Source: an uncultured Planctomycetaceae bacterium (GTDB taxonomy: Bacteria > Planctomycetota > Planctomycetia > Isosphaerales > Isosphaeraceae). From it: 64,000 bases of DNA. Every line of letters starts with the position of its first letter. Position 1 is the stretch's first letter. A model generated the notes under the pieces. The model searched no databases. It saw only the letters and a list, made by a program, of their open reading frames with translations, and was not told where the DNA came from. The position numbers were made by a program, and so were the translations under genes. Positions 10,444 to 21,197 of the stretch are shown one piece after another. The stretch spans positions 3,520,001 through 3,584,000 of the forward strand of contig CAWIAD010000002.1 of assembly GCA_963833985.1 (NCBI GenBank), given 5' to 3'.

Positions 10444-10959
10444 ATGGGGAACCCGATGAACACCCGCACCGACTGGCGGCCCGGACCGGCGATCCGGGGA
10501 CCGCACCAGGCTGAGTGCGACACGCGGAGGCTGATCGTGCCTGATCATCAGGAGAGCCGAGCCCGGCTGCTGGTTCGCCCCGTCGGCGATCTCATCGTCG
10601 TCAGGTGTTTCAGCACCCAGGTGGAATGGGACGATCCGGAAACAGGAGACCTGGGCACAAGCCTGCTTGGACTGAGCAAATTGGGCTATGTGCGCATTCT
10701 GGTCAATCTCGAGGGTATCAACTACGCGTCGGGATCGCTGCTGGGTAGTCTTGCCCATTTACATCAGGCCACCGTTCGCGCCGGGGGCTTCCTGAAGCTC
10801 TTCGGCCTGGAGGCGATCCTGCGGGACGCGCTTGTCATTTGCCGGCTCGATTCCAGGCTGGCGATTTACGCCAGCGAGTCGGAAGCCCTTGAGGGCAGCG
10901 TACCGGCCGCGGATCATGCCGGCTTGTGGATTCCGGGGGGACTGTCCCCTCGTTTCTGA
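10444..10959 (+). CDS. STAS domain protein (anti-sigma factor antagonist)
   Basis: ILVNLEGINYASGSLLGSL...GGFLKLFGL...ICRLD, a STAS pattern. Confidence 0.75.
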   Translation: MGNPMNTRTDWRPGPAIRGPHQAECDTRRLIVPDHQESRARLLVRPVGDLIVVRCFSTQVEWDDPETGDLGTSLLGLSKLGYVRILVNLEGINYASGSLLGSLAHLHQATVRAGGFLKLFGLEAILRDALVICRLDSRLAIYASESEALEGSVPAADHAGLWIPGGLSPRF

Positions 10960-10969
10960 GCCCCGTCCG

Positions 10970-12158
10970 TCAGGGCTCCGATTGCACGGGCGCCAGCCGG
11001 ATGTCGGCCACCCCGGCGGCTTTCGCACACTCGACCGCGCAGAACCCGCTCGTAGGGAGCCGATTCCGGCGCCACGATCAGCACCTTGACGACCGGTGCA
11101 CCCTTGACAGCGCGGGCCAGCCACTCGGTCAGCTCGGCGCCTGTTTTTCGCGTTGTCCCGAGCGAGTACCGGTCCGGTTCCGTCTCGACCCGCACGCGCA
11201 GCCAGGTGCTGAGGGGCTTGCCGGGTGCGACGGTGGCCATTGCTTCCGGATCTTCGCCCAGGTTCAGACGGCTCCCCTCGCGCACCGCGACAAAGCTGGA
11301 CTCCTGGTTCTGCATGGTCAGCGTGCCGGCGATCACCTGCTTTCCCGAGGTCCAGAGGATGCCCTGGTAATCCTGCCGGGCCCGCGGAAACTGGATCGTG
11401 AACTGGATCTTCTGGTGGAGCTGGTCGTCCACCTTGCCGCTCACGGCATACGAGGAGCCGCTGGCGTCAGACAGGAAGCTTCCGGACACCGAGCCGGCGG
11501 CGTCCACGGCCAGTTCCAGAAGCCCGGACCACTGCCCGCCGGCCGCGAGCCGAAAGCGGCCGTTGAAATCCTCGGGCCGCGCGATCTTGCCGTCCGACGG
11601 CGTGCCGGCCGCGGGCGCCGGCAGTTCCGGCGCCTTTTCCAGGGTGAAGATTGTCGCCCGCCCCACCGCGCTGACCGCGCCGTCCTCTTCTCCGCGCTGT
11701 GCGAAGAGCAGGTCTCCGCCCAGGCCGGCCGGCACCACCTGGCCGCTATCCAGGTCCACCTGGAATCCGGCAAAGAGGACCATGTTCTTCCCCCGTGCCA
11801 GGCGGCCCGCGTCGTTGCCGCCGTCGAACACGTCGAACCGTTCCAGCACCAGGATTGGTCGCAACGGCTGGCCGGGCGCTGTCGGTTTGCGAAAACCGGG
11901 CGAGACCAGCAGCCGCGCCAGGTTGCCCTGATCGGTCCGCACGATCAGTAACGCCGAACGGGAGTCGCGAAGCACCTGCGGCAGCGCCTCCAGGTCGCGG
12001 AAGCCCAGCCCCGCACGCTCTCGAGCCTGGCCGTGGCGCAGCAGGCCAGCCAGCACACCGGGTTGCAGGCGGTCGAATTCGTCACTCTGCGCCGGCGGAG
12101 ACGCCATGGCCCCACACCACCACAGGATGGCCGCAGCAACCGTCCAGCGCCGGACCAT
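10970..12158 (-). CDS. Secreted hypothetical protein with C-terminal ExbD-like segment (probable frameshift ~11035)
   Basis: Signal peptide. VLIVAPESAPYERVLR continues in another frame as VECAKAAGVADIRLA to a stop at 10970. Confidence 0.6.
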
Positions 12159-12218
12159 GATCGGCTCCCTCGAGCGAACGTGTTCGCTCGATGTCTGGCC
12201 ATTCGCAACGTCTCTCGC

Positions 12219-14935
12219 TCACGGCATCTGCAAAATGTACCCTTTGCCGTCCGCCGCTGCCACCGCCATCCGTTTGCCGTCAGGGCTCCAGGCCAGCCCG
12301 TACGTGACCAGCCCATCTCCCATCTTCTGATGCCAGAGCACTTTGGCGGCCTCGGCATCCCAGACGAACAGGCTGCCGCCATACCCCAGCGAGGCCAGCC
12401 GCTTGCCGTCGTGGCTGTAGGCGACCACGTAGACGTCGTCGGGATGGCCTTCCAGCTTGTGCCACTCCTTGCCGTCGGCGACATTCCAGAGCCGGATGGA
12501 GCGGTCCACGCCACCCGAAGCCAGGCGCGCGCCGTCGGGGTGAAACGACAGGGCGTACACCGCCGCGCCATGCCCCTCGCTCTTCCGCAGCTCCTTGCCA
12601 TCGGCGGGGTTCCAGTACTTGACGAGCTTGTCGTCGCCGCCGGTCGCCAGCATGTCGCCCCTGGGAGCAAACGCCAGGGCATAGACGACATTGGCGTGCG
12701 CGTTCCACTGGCGGAGCTGTTTCCCTCCGGCCGCGTCCCAGAGCCGCACCGTCTTGTCGGCGCCCGAGGTCGCCACGGTCCTCCCGTCCGGCGTCCAGGC
12801 GACCGCGTAGACCTGGCCGGCGTGGCCGGTCAACCCGACCGGCTGCAAGGAGCTAACCTTCCAGATCCGGACCTTGCCGTCGCCGTGACCGGTCAGGAGC
12901 GACGGCGGATCGGAGCCGAAAGCGAGTGCTTTCACCGGCCCCGATCCGCGGGCGGCGAACGGCTCGGACTCCGCGCTGGCCGAGCCTTCGCCTCCCAGCT
13001 CAAAGAGCCGGGCGGAGCCGTCATCCAGGCCGGCCACCACCAGCTTGCCGTCGCGGCTGATTGCCAGGGAACCGATCGGCGCCGGCATTTTTGATTGGAC
13101 CTGCACGGCCGTGCCGCTGACCGCGTTCCAGACCCGGACGGTGCGATCCTCACCGGCGGAAAGGATCCTCGTACCGTCGGTCGAGATCGCCACCCCGCGC
13201 ACCGGCGCCGTGTGCCCGGCGAGCGAGCGGATCAGCCCGCCGGTGTTCAGATCGAAGACCAGGAGGGACCCGTCCCCCGCTCCCGCGACCACCTGGCTGC
13301 CGTTGGGGTGAACGGCGACCGCGCGCAGGGGTCCGGCATGGCCGATCATGAGCCGTACCGCGGCTGGCTTCCAGATCCGGATCGGCCCCTGCTCGGTCGC
13401 CAGGACCACCGAAGCATGATCGGCCAGGAAATCCGCGGAGCCGATGATGCCACTCAGACCGGTGAACCGCTGAAGCTCGCGGCCGCTGGCAGTCTCCCAG
13501 AACCGTAAGGGATGATCGTTCACGGCCGTGGCCAGGAACTTGCCATCACTCGAGATCGTCGCCGAGACCACGGGTCCGCCATGGTTGCCGAGCGCGGCCA
13601 TGACCTTGCCGTCGCCGACGTTCCAGAGCCTGGCCGTCCCGTCTTCGGAGCCCGTCACCAGCTTCGAGCCATCCCCGCAGATGCGCATCTTCAGGATGGC
13701 GGCGCCGTGGCCGGCAAACTCGCGGATCACCTTGCCTTCGTTCACGTTCCAGAGCCGCGCCGTCGCGTCTGCCGACGCCGAGAAGAGCTGGTTTCCATCC
13801 CGAGGTGCGTACTCCAGCGCGGTGATGCGCTGGCGGTGCCCCTTCAGCTCCTTGACCGTCTTGCCATCCGCGACCGCGATGACCCGCAGCTTGGCATCGT
13901 CTCCGCCCAGGACAAGCTGTGCCCCATCACCCCGGAGGGCAAGCGCCCTGATCGAGAACGGGACCGGCCCGATCTTCTTGACCTCCTTGCCGTCATCAAC
14001 CGAGCAGAGCCGCACCACCCGGTTCGCCAGCACGATCGCAACCCGGCGTCCATCGCCATCGAGTCCGAGCCCCTCCACGGGCTGGTCATTGCCGCCGATC
14101 TCCTTCATGAGCTTGCCGTCAGTGAGGTTCCAGACGCGGATGATCCGGTCCCCCCCGCACCCCGCAAGCCGCTTTCGATCGGCGCTCACCGCGAACTGCA
14201 CGGGCTTCCCGGCGCATCGATCGGTCTGGGCTCGCTCGCCGGCAATTGCCAGAGCCGGGCGACGCCCTCCGGGCCGGACGAGACGAGCAGGGGCTTCCCC
14301 GGGACGTAGGCCAGGGCAAGAACTGCGCTCGCGGAGGTCTCGATCTGCCCGTCCGGGTTCAGCGCGTCGTTCCAGAGCCGGATCGTGCCCGAGCCATCGC
14401 CTGCGGCAAGCTGCGCTCCATCGTGCCGCCAGGCCAGGCAAGCGACGTCGCCGGAGAAGCCTTCCAGCGTCTTGATCGCGGCTCTCCTGGCCAGGTCCCA
14501 GACCTGCACCGACCTTCCCGACGCCGTGGCCGCACGCTTGCCATCCGGAGTCACCGCCAGGGCCGTGATTGCCGGGCCTGGCCCCGGCAGGCTGCCGATC
14601 GGTCCACCCCCCGGCACATCCCAGATCCTGGCTGTGCCGTCCAGGCTGGCCGAAGCCAGCCGCCGGCCGTCGGGTGAGAATGCCACGCTCAGGACGATCC
14701 TGGAATGACCCTCGAAGCGCTTCACCTCCTTGAACGTCGCGGCATCCCAGAGACGCACCGTGTTGTCGAAGCCGGCTGTCGCCAGCAGCGCCCCGTCCGG
14801 GCTCCAGGCCACGGCGTAGACTGGGTCGGTGTGCCCCTCGAGTGTTCCCACAATTCGCGCTCGCGGAGCATCCGCCGCCCCGGCCGTCATGCTGGTGAGG
14901 AAGGCGGCAGCCATCAGGTGAAGCAGGTCCGGCAT
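12219..14935 (-). CDS. Secreted WD40-repeat protein (frameshift ~14200)
   Basis: Signal peptide [13 protein letters not shown]; many GH...VAWSPDG...VRLWD repeats across ORFs 14186-14959 and 12219-14441. Confidence 0.85.
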
Positions 14936-15158
14936 GGTGCGTCTCCCCGACGTCCCCAAGTTCTCAATCTCGTGTTTGACAGATGCTTAACATAATCGTG
15001 CCCCCTCCGTCCCGCAATCTGTGGGGCATTGTCGCTCAGCACTGCCGCGCCGGTTCAACGGACATGACTTCCCAGGGTAGGCCTCGATTCGCTAAGATCC
15101 GCGAGCGCACTTCTTCTCGTCCCGGCCGACGAACGGAACGGGGTCCTCTCCAGGAGCC

Positions 15159-15698
15159 ATGTCCATGAGATCTTCCTCGACACGGAACCGATCGCGGTGC
15201 GTTCTTGTGCTGGGTTGCTGCGCCGTGGTTGCGGTATCGGGCATCCCAGCCGCGGGCCAGCAGAGGTTGACTGCCAAGATGAAAAAAGTCGCGCCGGCGA
15301 ACTCCCTGGTCTCAGCCGGCGATGCCGCTCGTCCGCTCGACGGGGCGTGGAGGCTGGTCAGAGCGCTCGATCCCCGGAGCGGCCAGTTGCGAGAGATTCC
15401 GGCGGGAATCGAGATGACCAAGCTGGTCGTGGGAGGGCGTTTCGCCTGGGTCGTCGCGCAGAACGGCAGAGCCATCGCTGGAGCGGGGGGTACCTATGCC
15501 GTGAACGGCGACAGCTACTCGGAGACCGTCTCGTACGCCGTGGGGCAGAATCAGCAGGGACTGATCGGAACCACAACAACGTTCACATGGAAACTCGAAG
15601 GCGGCAAGTGGCACCACAAGGGGACGCTGCGCGCTGGCCAGGCCAAGCAGGAGATCGAGGAAATGTGGGAGCGTGTTCCGGAAGAGAAACGCCCGTAG
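15159..15698 (+). CDS. Secreted beta-barrel/lipocalin-like hypothetical protein
   Basis: AGGAG RBS, signal peptide, LDGAWRLV...GGTY...YSETV...EEMWERV. Confidence 0.7.
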   Translation: MSMRSSSTRNRSRCVLVLGCCAVVAVSGIPAAGQQRLTAKMKKVAPANSLVSAGDAARPLDGAWRLVRALDPRSGQLREIPAGIEMTKLVVGGRFAWVVAQNGRAIAGAGGTYAVNGDSYSETVSYAVGQNQQGLIGTTTTFTWKLEGGKWHHKGTLRAGQAKQEIEEMWERVPEEKRP

Positions 15699-15922
15699 CT
15701 GCCATCCACGAAGCGCCCATGAAGCGCGAAACATGACCACTGCCGGCCCTCGGAACATGCCCCTTCCCGATTGCGACGCTCGCCGGTTTCTTGTTATGGT
15801 GGGCGCATCAAGGTGGGTGGACGCCGACAACGCCAGCCGCCGGCACAAGCCAACGTAGTCCCTGAGATGCGGCTGATCCGTTCGGCTTGCTTCGCCCTGC
15901 CTCTTTGCCGAGGTTCCAGCGC

Positions 15923-16831
15923 ATGTTTCCGATAGTCGCGGCCGAGTTCCTCGCTCCCGATGTGAAGCGGTTCCAGATCGAGGCGCCGCGCGTTGCCCGG
16001 AAGCGCAAGGCGGGGCAGTTCGTGATCGTCAGGCTCCATTCCCACGGCGAGCGGATTCCACTCACGATCGCTGATTCCGACCCGGAAAAGGGGACCGTCA
16101 CCCTCATCGTGCAGGGCATCGGCAAGACGACCAAGCTGCTGAACATGCTCGGCGCGGGCGATATGATTCTGGACCTGGTCGGCCCGCTGGGCAAACCGTC
16201 CGAGATCGAACGTTACGGAACCGTCGTGGTGATCGGCGGCGGGGTGGGCGCGGCCATCGCCTATCCCACGGCGAAGGCCATGAAAGAGGCCGGCAACCAC
16301 GTGATCTCGATCGTCGGTGCGCGCAACAAGGAGCTGGTGATCCTGGAGCCGGAGATCGGCGCGATCAGCGACGAGCTGCTGATCACCACCGACGACGGCA
16401 GCTACGGCCTGAAGGGCTTCGTCACCGATCAGCTCAAGGGGCTCATCACCTCGGGCCGGCAGCTCGATTTCGTGCTGGCCATCGGCCCGCCGCGGATGAT
16501 GCAGGCAGTCGCCGAGACGACCCGGCCGCACACAATCAAGACCGTCGTGAGCCTGAACTCGCTCATGGTCGACGGCACGGGCATGTGCGGCGGTTGCCGC
16601 GTGCTCACCACCGAGGGAGCCCAGTTTGCCTGCGTCGACGGTCCCGAGTTCGACGCCCACCACGTCGATTTCGACCTCTTGATCCAGCGCAACAGGAAGT
16701 ATCTCAAGCAGGAGAGCGAGGCGCTCCAGCGGTTCCTGGAGCATCCTGAACGCGACCTCGAGCTGGTTCATGAGTCGTGCCGGCTGGAACAAAAGCATCC
16801 CGAAGTTCGTTGCGAGGTCCGATCCTCATGA
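15923..16831 (+). CDS. nfnA: NADH-dependent ferredoxin:NADP+ oxidoreductase small subunit (NfnA/SudB-like)
   Basis: AGQFVIVR, ERIPLTI, GPLG, GGGVG, and the 2Fe-2S motif MVDGTGMCGGCRV...CVDGPEF. Confidence 0.9.
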   Translation: MFPIVAAEFLAPDVKRFQIEAPRVARKRKAGQFVIVRLHSHGERIPLTIADSDPEKGTVTLIVQGIGKTTKLLNMLGAGDMILDLVGPLGKPSEIERYGTVVVIGGGVGAAIAYPTAKAMKEAGNHVISIVGARNKELVILEPEIGAISDELLITTDDGSYGLKGFVTDQLKGLITSGRQLDFVLAIGPPRMMQAVAETTRPHTIKTVVSLNSLMVDGTGMCGGCRVLTTEGAQFACVDGPEFDAHHVDFDLLIQRNRKYLKQESEALQRFLEHPERDLELVHESCRLEQKHPEVRCEVRSS

Positions 16832-18291
16832 GTGCCAATACCCCCACGCCCCCGCTGTCGAACAAGGAGCGCATGAAGATTCCCCGCCAGCACATGCCGG
16901 AACAAGATCCCGGCCGGCGGCGGACGAACTTCGAGGAAGTGAACCAGGGACTGACCGTCCTGGGTGCCACCACCGAGGCGCTCCGCTGTCTCCAGTGCAC
17001 CACTCCCAAGTGCATGGTGGGCTGCCCGGTGGGCGTCAAGGTGAAAGACTTTGTCTCCCTCATCATCGCGGGCGACTACCTCAAGGCCGCGGCCAAGATC
17101 CGTGAAGACAACATCCTGCCGGCCATCACCGGACGCGTCTGCCCGCAGGAAACCCAGTGCGAGGGCTGCTGCATCGTGGGCAACAAGTTCGAGCCCGTGG
17201 GCATCGGCTACCTCGAGCGGTTCGTGGCCGACTACGAACGCGCATCCGGCCAGATCGGCCTGCCGGAGAGAGCGGCTCCCACCGGCAAGAAGGTCGCCAT
17301 CGTGGGCAGCGGACCCGCCGGCCTGAGCGCGGCCGGCGACCTGGTCCAGATGGGGCACGAGGTCACGGTCTTCGAGGCCCTGCACGAGATCGGCGGCGTC
17401 CTGGTGTACGGCATTCCCGAATTCCGCCTGCCCAAGGAGATCGTCCGGCGCGAGGTGGACGTGATGCGCTCCATGGGCGTGGACTTCCAGACGAACGTCG
17501 TCATCGGCAAGACCGTGACGATCGACGAGCTCATGAACGAGGAAGGTTACGACGTCGTGTTCGTGGCCACCGGCGCGGGCTTTCCCAAGTTCCTGGGCGT
17601 CCCCGGCGAACACCTCAACGGCGTGTACTCGGCCAACGAGTTCCTCACCCGCGTGAACCTGATGCGGGCCAACGATTTCCCCGACTTCGACGAACCGGTC
17701 TACGATTGCCGCGGCAAGGACATCGCGGTCATCGGCGGGGGCAACACGGCGATGGACGCGGTACGCACGGCCGCCCGGCTCGGTGCGAAGACCAGCTATC
17801 TCATCTACCGCCGCTCCGAAGCCGAGATGCCCGCGCGGGCTGAAGAGGCCAAGCACGCGAAGGAAGAAGGCATCACGTTCTTGTGCCTGACCAATCCCGT
17901 CGCGTTCCTGGGCAGCAAGGAAGGCTTCGTCGAGACCGTCCGCTGCATCAAGATGGAACTGGGCGAGCCGGACGCCTCGGGCAGGCGCTCTCCGGCTCCT
18001 GTCGCCGGCTCGGAGTTCGATCTGCCCATCGACGTGGCCATCATCGCCCTGGGAACCGAGGCCAATCCCCTGGTGCAGTCCACCACCCCGGACCTGAAGA
18101 CGACCCGCAAGGGCTACATCGCCGCGGATCCCGAAACGATGAAAACCTCGAAGCGCGGGGTCTTCGCCGGCGGCGACATCGTCACCGGGGGCGCCACCGT
18201 CATCCTGGCGATGGGTGCCGGACGCAAGGCGGCCGCGTCCATCAACGAATACCTGAAGACCGAAGACCGGGATGCGTCCGCATCCTCATGA
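16828..18291 (+). CDS. nfnB: NfnB / GltD-like large subunit (often annotated NADPH-dependent glutamate synthase)
   Basis: RCLQC...CMVGCP, GRVCPQETQCEGCC, GSGPAG, GIPEFRLP, GGGNTAMD, FAGGDIVTG; coupled to nfnA. Confidence 0.9.
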   Translation: MSANTPTPPLSNKERMKIPRQHMPEQDPGRRRTNFEEVNQGLTVLGATTEALRCLQCTTPKCMVGCPVGVKVKDFVSLIIAGDYLKAAAKIREDNILPAITGRVCPQETQCEGCCIVGNKFEPVGIGYLERFVADYERASGQIGLPERAAPTGKKVAIVGSGPAGLSAAGDLVQMGHEVTVFEALHEIGGVLVYGIPEFRLPKEIVRREVDVMRSMGVDFQTNVVIGKTVTIDELMNEEGYDVVFVATGAGFPKFLGVPGEHLNGVYSANEFLTRVNLMRANDFPDFDEPVYDCRGKDIAVIGGGNTAMDAVRTAARLGAKTSYLIYRRSEAEMPARAEEAKHAKEEGITFLCLTNPVAFLGSKEGFVETVRCIKMELGEPDASGRRSPAPVAGSEFDLPIDVAIIALGTEANPLVQSTTPDLKTTRKGYIAADPETMKTSKRGVFAGGDIVTGGATVILAMGAGRKAAASINEYLKTEDRDASASS

Positions 18292-18360
18292 GGCCCGAAG
18301 CGAAGGCCGGAGCGGCGTCCCTGGTCTCGTCACGGTCTCGTGCGTGCCGCCGTCGGGCAC

Positions 18361-18654
18361 TCACCGCATCACGTAGCCGCACTCGCGGAAGAGCTCAACC
18401 TTCAGGCGCTGCATGATCGCCACGAAGGTCTCGCGCTCCTGTTCCGTACGCAGGCAAGCAGCCCCGCGCTCGATGGACTGCCCGAGCTGACTCCAGGCAA
18501 CGGCAAGCGGTACGCCCGCCGCGGTGGCGGCTCGGGCCAGCTTGCGGCAGCTTGTCACAAGGTGCCGTTCGCTCTGACACGTCATCCCGGGAAGCTTCAC
18601 CACGAACACCCGGGAACGGATCCGGTCGGTCAGCAACAGGTCTTTCATCTTCAC
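18361..18654 (-). CDS. Hypothetical protein
   Basis: About 97-aa ORF with protein-like composition (MKDLLLTDRIRSRVFVVKL...); start uncertain. Confidence 0.5.
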   Translation of the reverse strand: MKMKDLLLTDRIRSRVFVVKLPGMTCQSERHLVTSCRKLARAATAAGVPLAVAWSQLGQSIERGAACLRTEQERETFVAIMQRLKVELFRECGYVMR

Positions 18655-19183
18655 TGCTCCACCATCGCGCGTCGTCGTCGCAAGCGTCTGGTCGCGGGCT
18701 CTGGGGCACACCCGCCTTCTCCGGCCAAGCGTAGAGTCCGTGTAGGTAGGCCCTTGGCTCGACTTGCGACCGGACGAGGTCCACGGTCACACCCCGCCAG
18801 CCACGCGAGACGCGGCAAGATTGCAGGTCTTCCTGGGGATGGAACTTCACGAAGCCGCGGCGTCCGGGGGAGGAAGCGTTGCGCCGCCGCGGTTCTCGTT
18901 CGGTGAGCCGATCGTCAGTGCCTTCAACTGCACCGCCACGATGCAAAGTCGAGCTGAATATGAATCCTACCCCGAGTCGGCCGACGCGTCCACGGCAATG
19001 CGCAGGGCGATATCATTTTCAGGCCGGACGGTCCAGCCATGCCGTGCCGCCTCGCACGCTACGCCCGCATGGCCCCAGTCGCCTGTGGCTGTTGCTGAAT
19101 ACGCCCCCGAGCCCCGAGTCCATGGTGGGCAGCACCCCTATGCGGTGCCCAGTGCGCGCCAGCTGCGCGTTCGACGGACGCGC

Positions 19184-20080
19184 TCAATCCTCGAAGTAGC
19201 TCATGTGATCGAGATCTTCGATCATTCCGGCCTTTTGTGTCGGCCGCCATCCCAGCCGTTGCTGCGTCAGCGCGCTGGACGCCGGCAGGTCCAGTCCGGC
19301 GAAGAATCCAAGCCAGCCGAAGTGACCGGCTGCCTCGTCTGGAGAAATGGAGATCACCGGAATCTTCAGGCCCCGGCCGATCGCCTCCGCGATCTCCCGA
19401 ACCGGCACCCCCTCTTCGGCGACCGCGTGATACCTCGCCCGGTTCACTCCCTTCTCGAGCACCAGCCTGTAGACGGGTGCGGCATCGAGACGATGCACCG
19501 CGGGCCAGCGGTTGCGCCCGTCGCCCACGTAAGCCGAGACGCCCTTTTCGCGGGCGACGGCGATCGTGGGGGTGATGAGTCCCTGCTTCTCCGTGTTATG
19601 CACCTGCGGCAGTCGCACCACTGACACGCTCACGCCACGCGCGGCGACCGCCTCTGCCGCGAGTTCCGAGGCTGCACGGGGATTCGGGTGGTCGCGATTG
19701 AAATGGTCCTCAGTCGCGGGTTGGCCCGGCACCGCGTTGCCCATCCCCGTCCCGGAGGTGACAACGAGGTGCCGGCCGGAGCCCGCGAGTGCGTCGCCGA
19801 GCGCCTCGATGGCCCGCCTGTCTGCCTCGCAGACCTCCTGGAATCTCGAGAAGTCGTGGATGAAAGCGGTGTGAATCACCCCGTCCGATGACGCCGCCCC
19901 GCTCCGCAGGCTGTCCAGGTCTTCCAGATCCCCTCGGTGCACCTCGGCCCCGGCCGAGGCGAGCGCCGCGGCGCCCGCGTCCGAACGAGCCAGGCCAAGC
20001 ACCTTGTGCCCCGCGGCGATGAGATCCTGGACGACGGCGGAGCCCACGAAACCCGTCGCACCCGTAACAAAAACACGCAT
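19184..20080 (-). CDS. Atypical SDR / NAD-dependent epimerase-dehydratase
   Basis: MRVFVTGATGFVG, VIHTAFIHDF, RWPAVHRLDAA. Confidence 0.92.
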   Translation of the reverse strand: MRVFVTGATGFVGSAVVQDLIAAGHKVLGLARSDAGAAALASAGAEVHRGDLEDLDSLRSGAASSDGVIHTAFIHDFSRFQEVCEADRRAIEALGDALAGSGRHLVVTSGTGMGNAVPGQPATEDHFNRDHPNPRAASELAAEAVAARGVSVSVVRLPQVHNTEKQGLITPTIAVAREKGVSAYVGDGRNRWPAVHRLDAAPVYRLVLEKGVNRARYHAVAEEGVPVREIAEAIGRGLKIPVISISPDEAAGHFGWLGFFAGLDLPASSALTQQRLGWRPTQKAGMIEDLDHMSYFED

Positions 20081-20208
20081 CACAGCTTCTCCTTGATCGA
20101 CCTTCCAGACCCTGATTTCAGTCCCTTGGTCCACACAGTAGGCAATCGACCTGATACGATCTATGCTCTGGAGTCCAAAATACCTTCGCGATCGTCCAGG
20201 AGAGCCGA

Positions 20209-21135
20209 ATGGATCCCCTTTCAGGCGTGCTGTCGCTCCTGAAGCCACGCAACACCATGTGCGGTGGCTTCGATGTCGGCGGAGCATGGTCGTTCCAGTT
20301 CCCCGAACATGAAGGCATCAAATGCTATGCAATGGTTTCCGGCCAGTGCTGGCTGGCCGTGGAGAGGGTCCCCGAGGCGGTGCATCTGAAGACCGGAGAC
20401 TGCTTCCTGCTGCCGCTGGGACGGTCCTTCCGCCTCGCGAGCGACCTGAGCTTGCCGCCTGTCGACTTCAGGACGATGCATTCCAGGCCGCTGAACGGCG
20501 GCGTCGCCTCCTGGAACGGGGGAGGAGACGTCTCCGGCGTTGGCGGCTACTTCGGCCTGGCCGGCAATCATGCCGGTATCCTGCTGGGAGTGCTCCCGCC
20601 GATTGTTCATATCAAGAACGAATCGGATAAGCTGGCGTTGCGCTGGTCCATCGAGCGCATGATGCAGGAGCTGCGCGAGCCGCAGCCGGGCAGCTTTCTG
20701 GTCCTCCAGCACCTCTCTCACATGATGCTGGTGCAGGCCCTGCGGGCGCATCTTGGGGAAGGCCTGTGCGGACGTGTGGGATGGCTCTTCGCGCTGGCGG
20801 ACCGGCAAATGAGCGTGGCCATCCGCGCGATGCACGACGACCCTGCGCATCCCTGGACCCTGCAAGAGCTGGCGGATCGAGCCGGGATGTCGCGCTCGAG
20901 CTTCGCACAGAAATTCAAGCAGACCGTGGGTGCGACCCCCATGGACTACCTGACGCGCTGGCGGATGCTGCTCGCCGGTGACCGGCTGACAAATTCCAGC
21001 GATCCCGTTTCGGTCATCTCTCTCTCGCTCGGCTACGAATCCGAGAGCGCCTTCAGCACCGCGTTCAAACGGGTCATGGGCTGCTCACCGCGGCAATATG
21101 GCCGCAGCCGGGACCTGGTTTCCGTGTCTCAGTAA
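20209..21135 (+). CDS. AraC family regulator (cupin + HTH)
   Basis: MDPLSGVL start, WTLQELADRAGMSRSSF, GYESESAFSTAFKR; divergent from the SDR. Confidence 0.93.
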   Translation: MDPLSGVLSLLKPRNTMCGGFDVGGAWSFQFPEHEGIKCYAMVSGQCWLAVERVPEAVHLKTGDCFLLPLGRSFRLASDLSLPPVDFRTMHSRPLNGGVASWNGGGDVSGVGGYFGLAGNHAGILLGVLPPIVHIKNESDKLALRWSIERMMQELREPQPGSFLVLQHLSHMMLVQALRAHLGEGLCGRVGWLFALADRQMSVAIRAMHDDPAHPWTLQELADRAGMSRSSFAQKFKQTVGATPMDYLTRWRMLLAGDRLTNSSDPVSVISLSLGYESESAFSTAFKRVMGCSPRQYGRSRDLVSVSQ

Positions 21136-21136
21136 G

Positions 21137-21197
21137 AAGGCTCAAAGGAAGGCACAAAGGGAAGGCACAAAGGGAAGGCACAAAGGGGACGTTACTG
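21137..21197. repeat. Tandem 13-bp repeat (GAAGGCACAAAGG x3 plus a degenerate copy) ending in the left arm of a palindrome
   Basis: Directly visible. Mirrored by CCCCTTTGGGCTT x2 at ~22684-22709. Confidence 0.8.

Noticed and set aside
16828..18291. Glutamate synthase
   Set aside because: No gltB is adjacent, and pairing with an NfnA-type subunit indicates NfnB.
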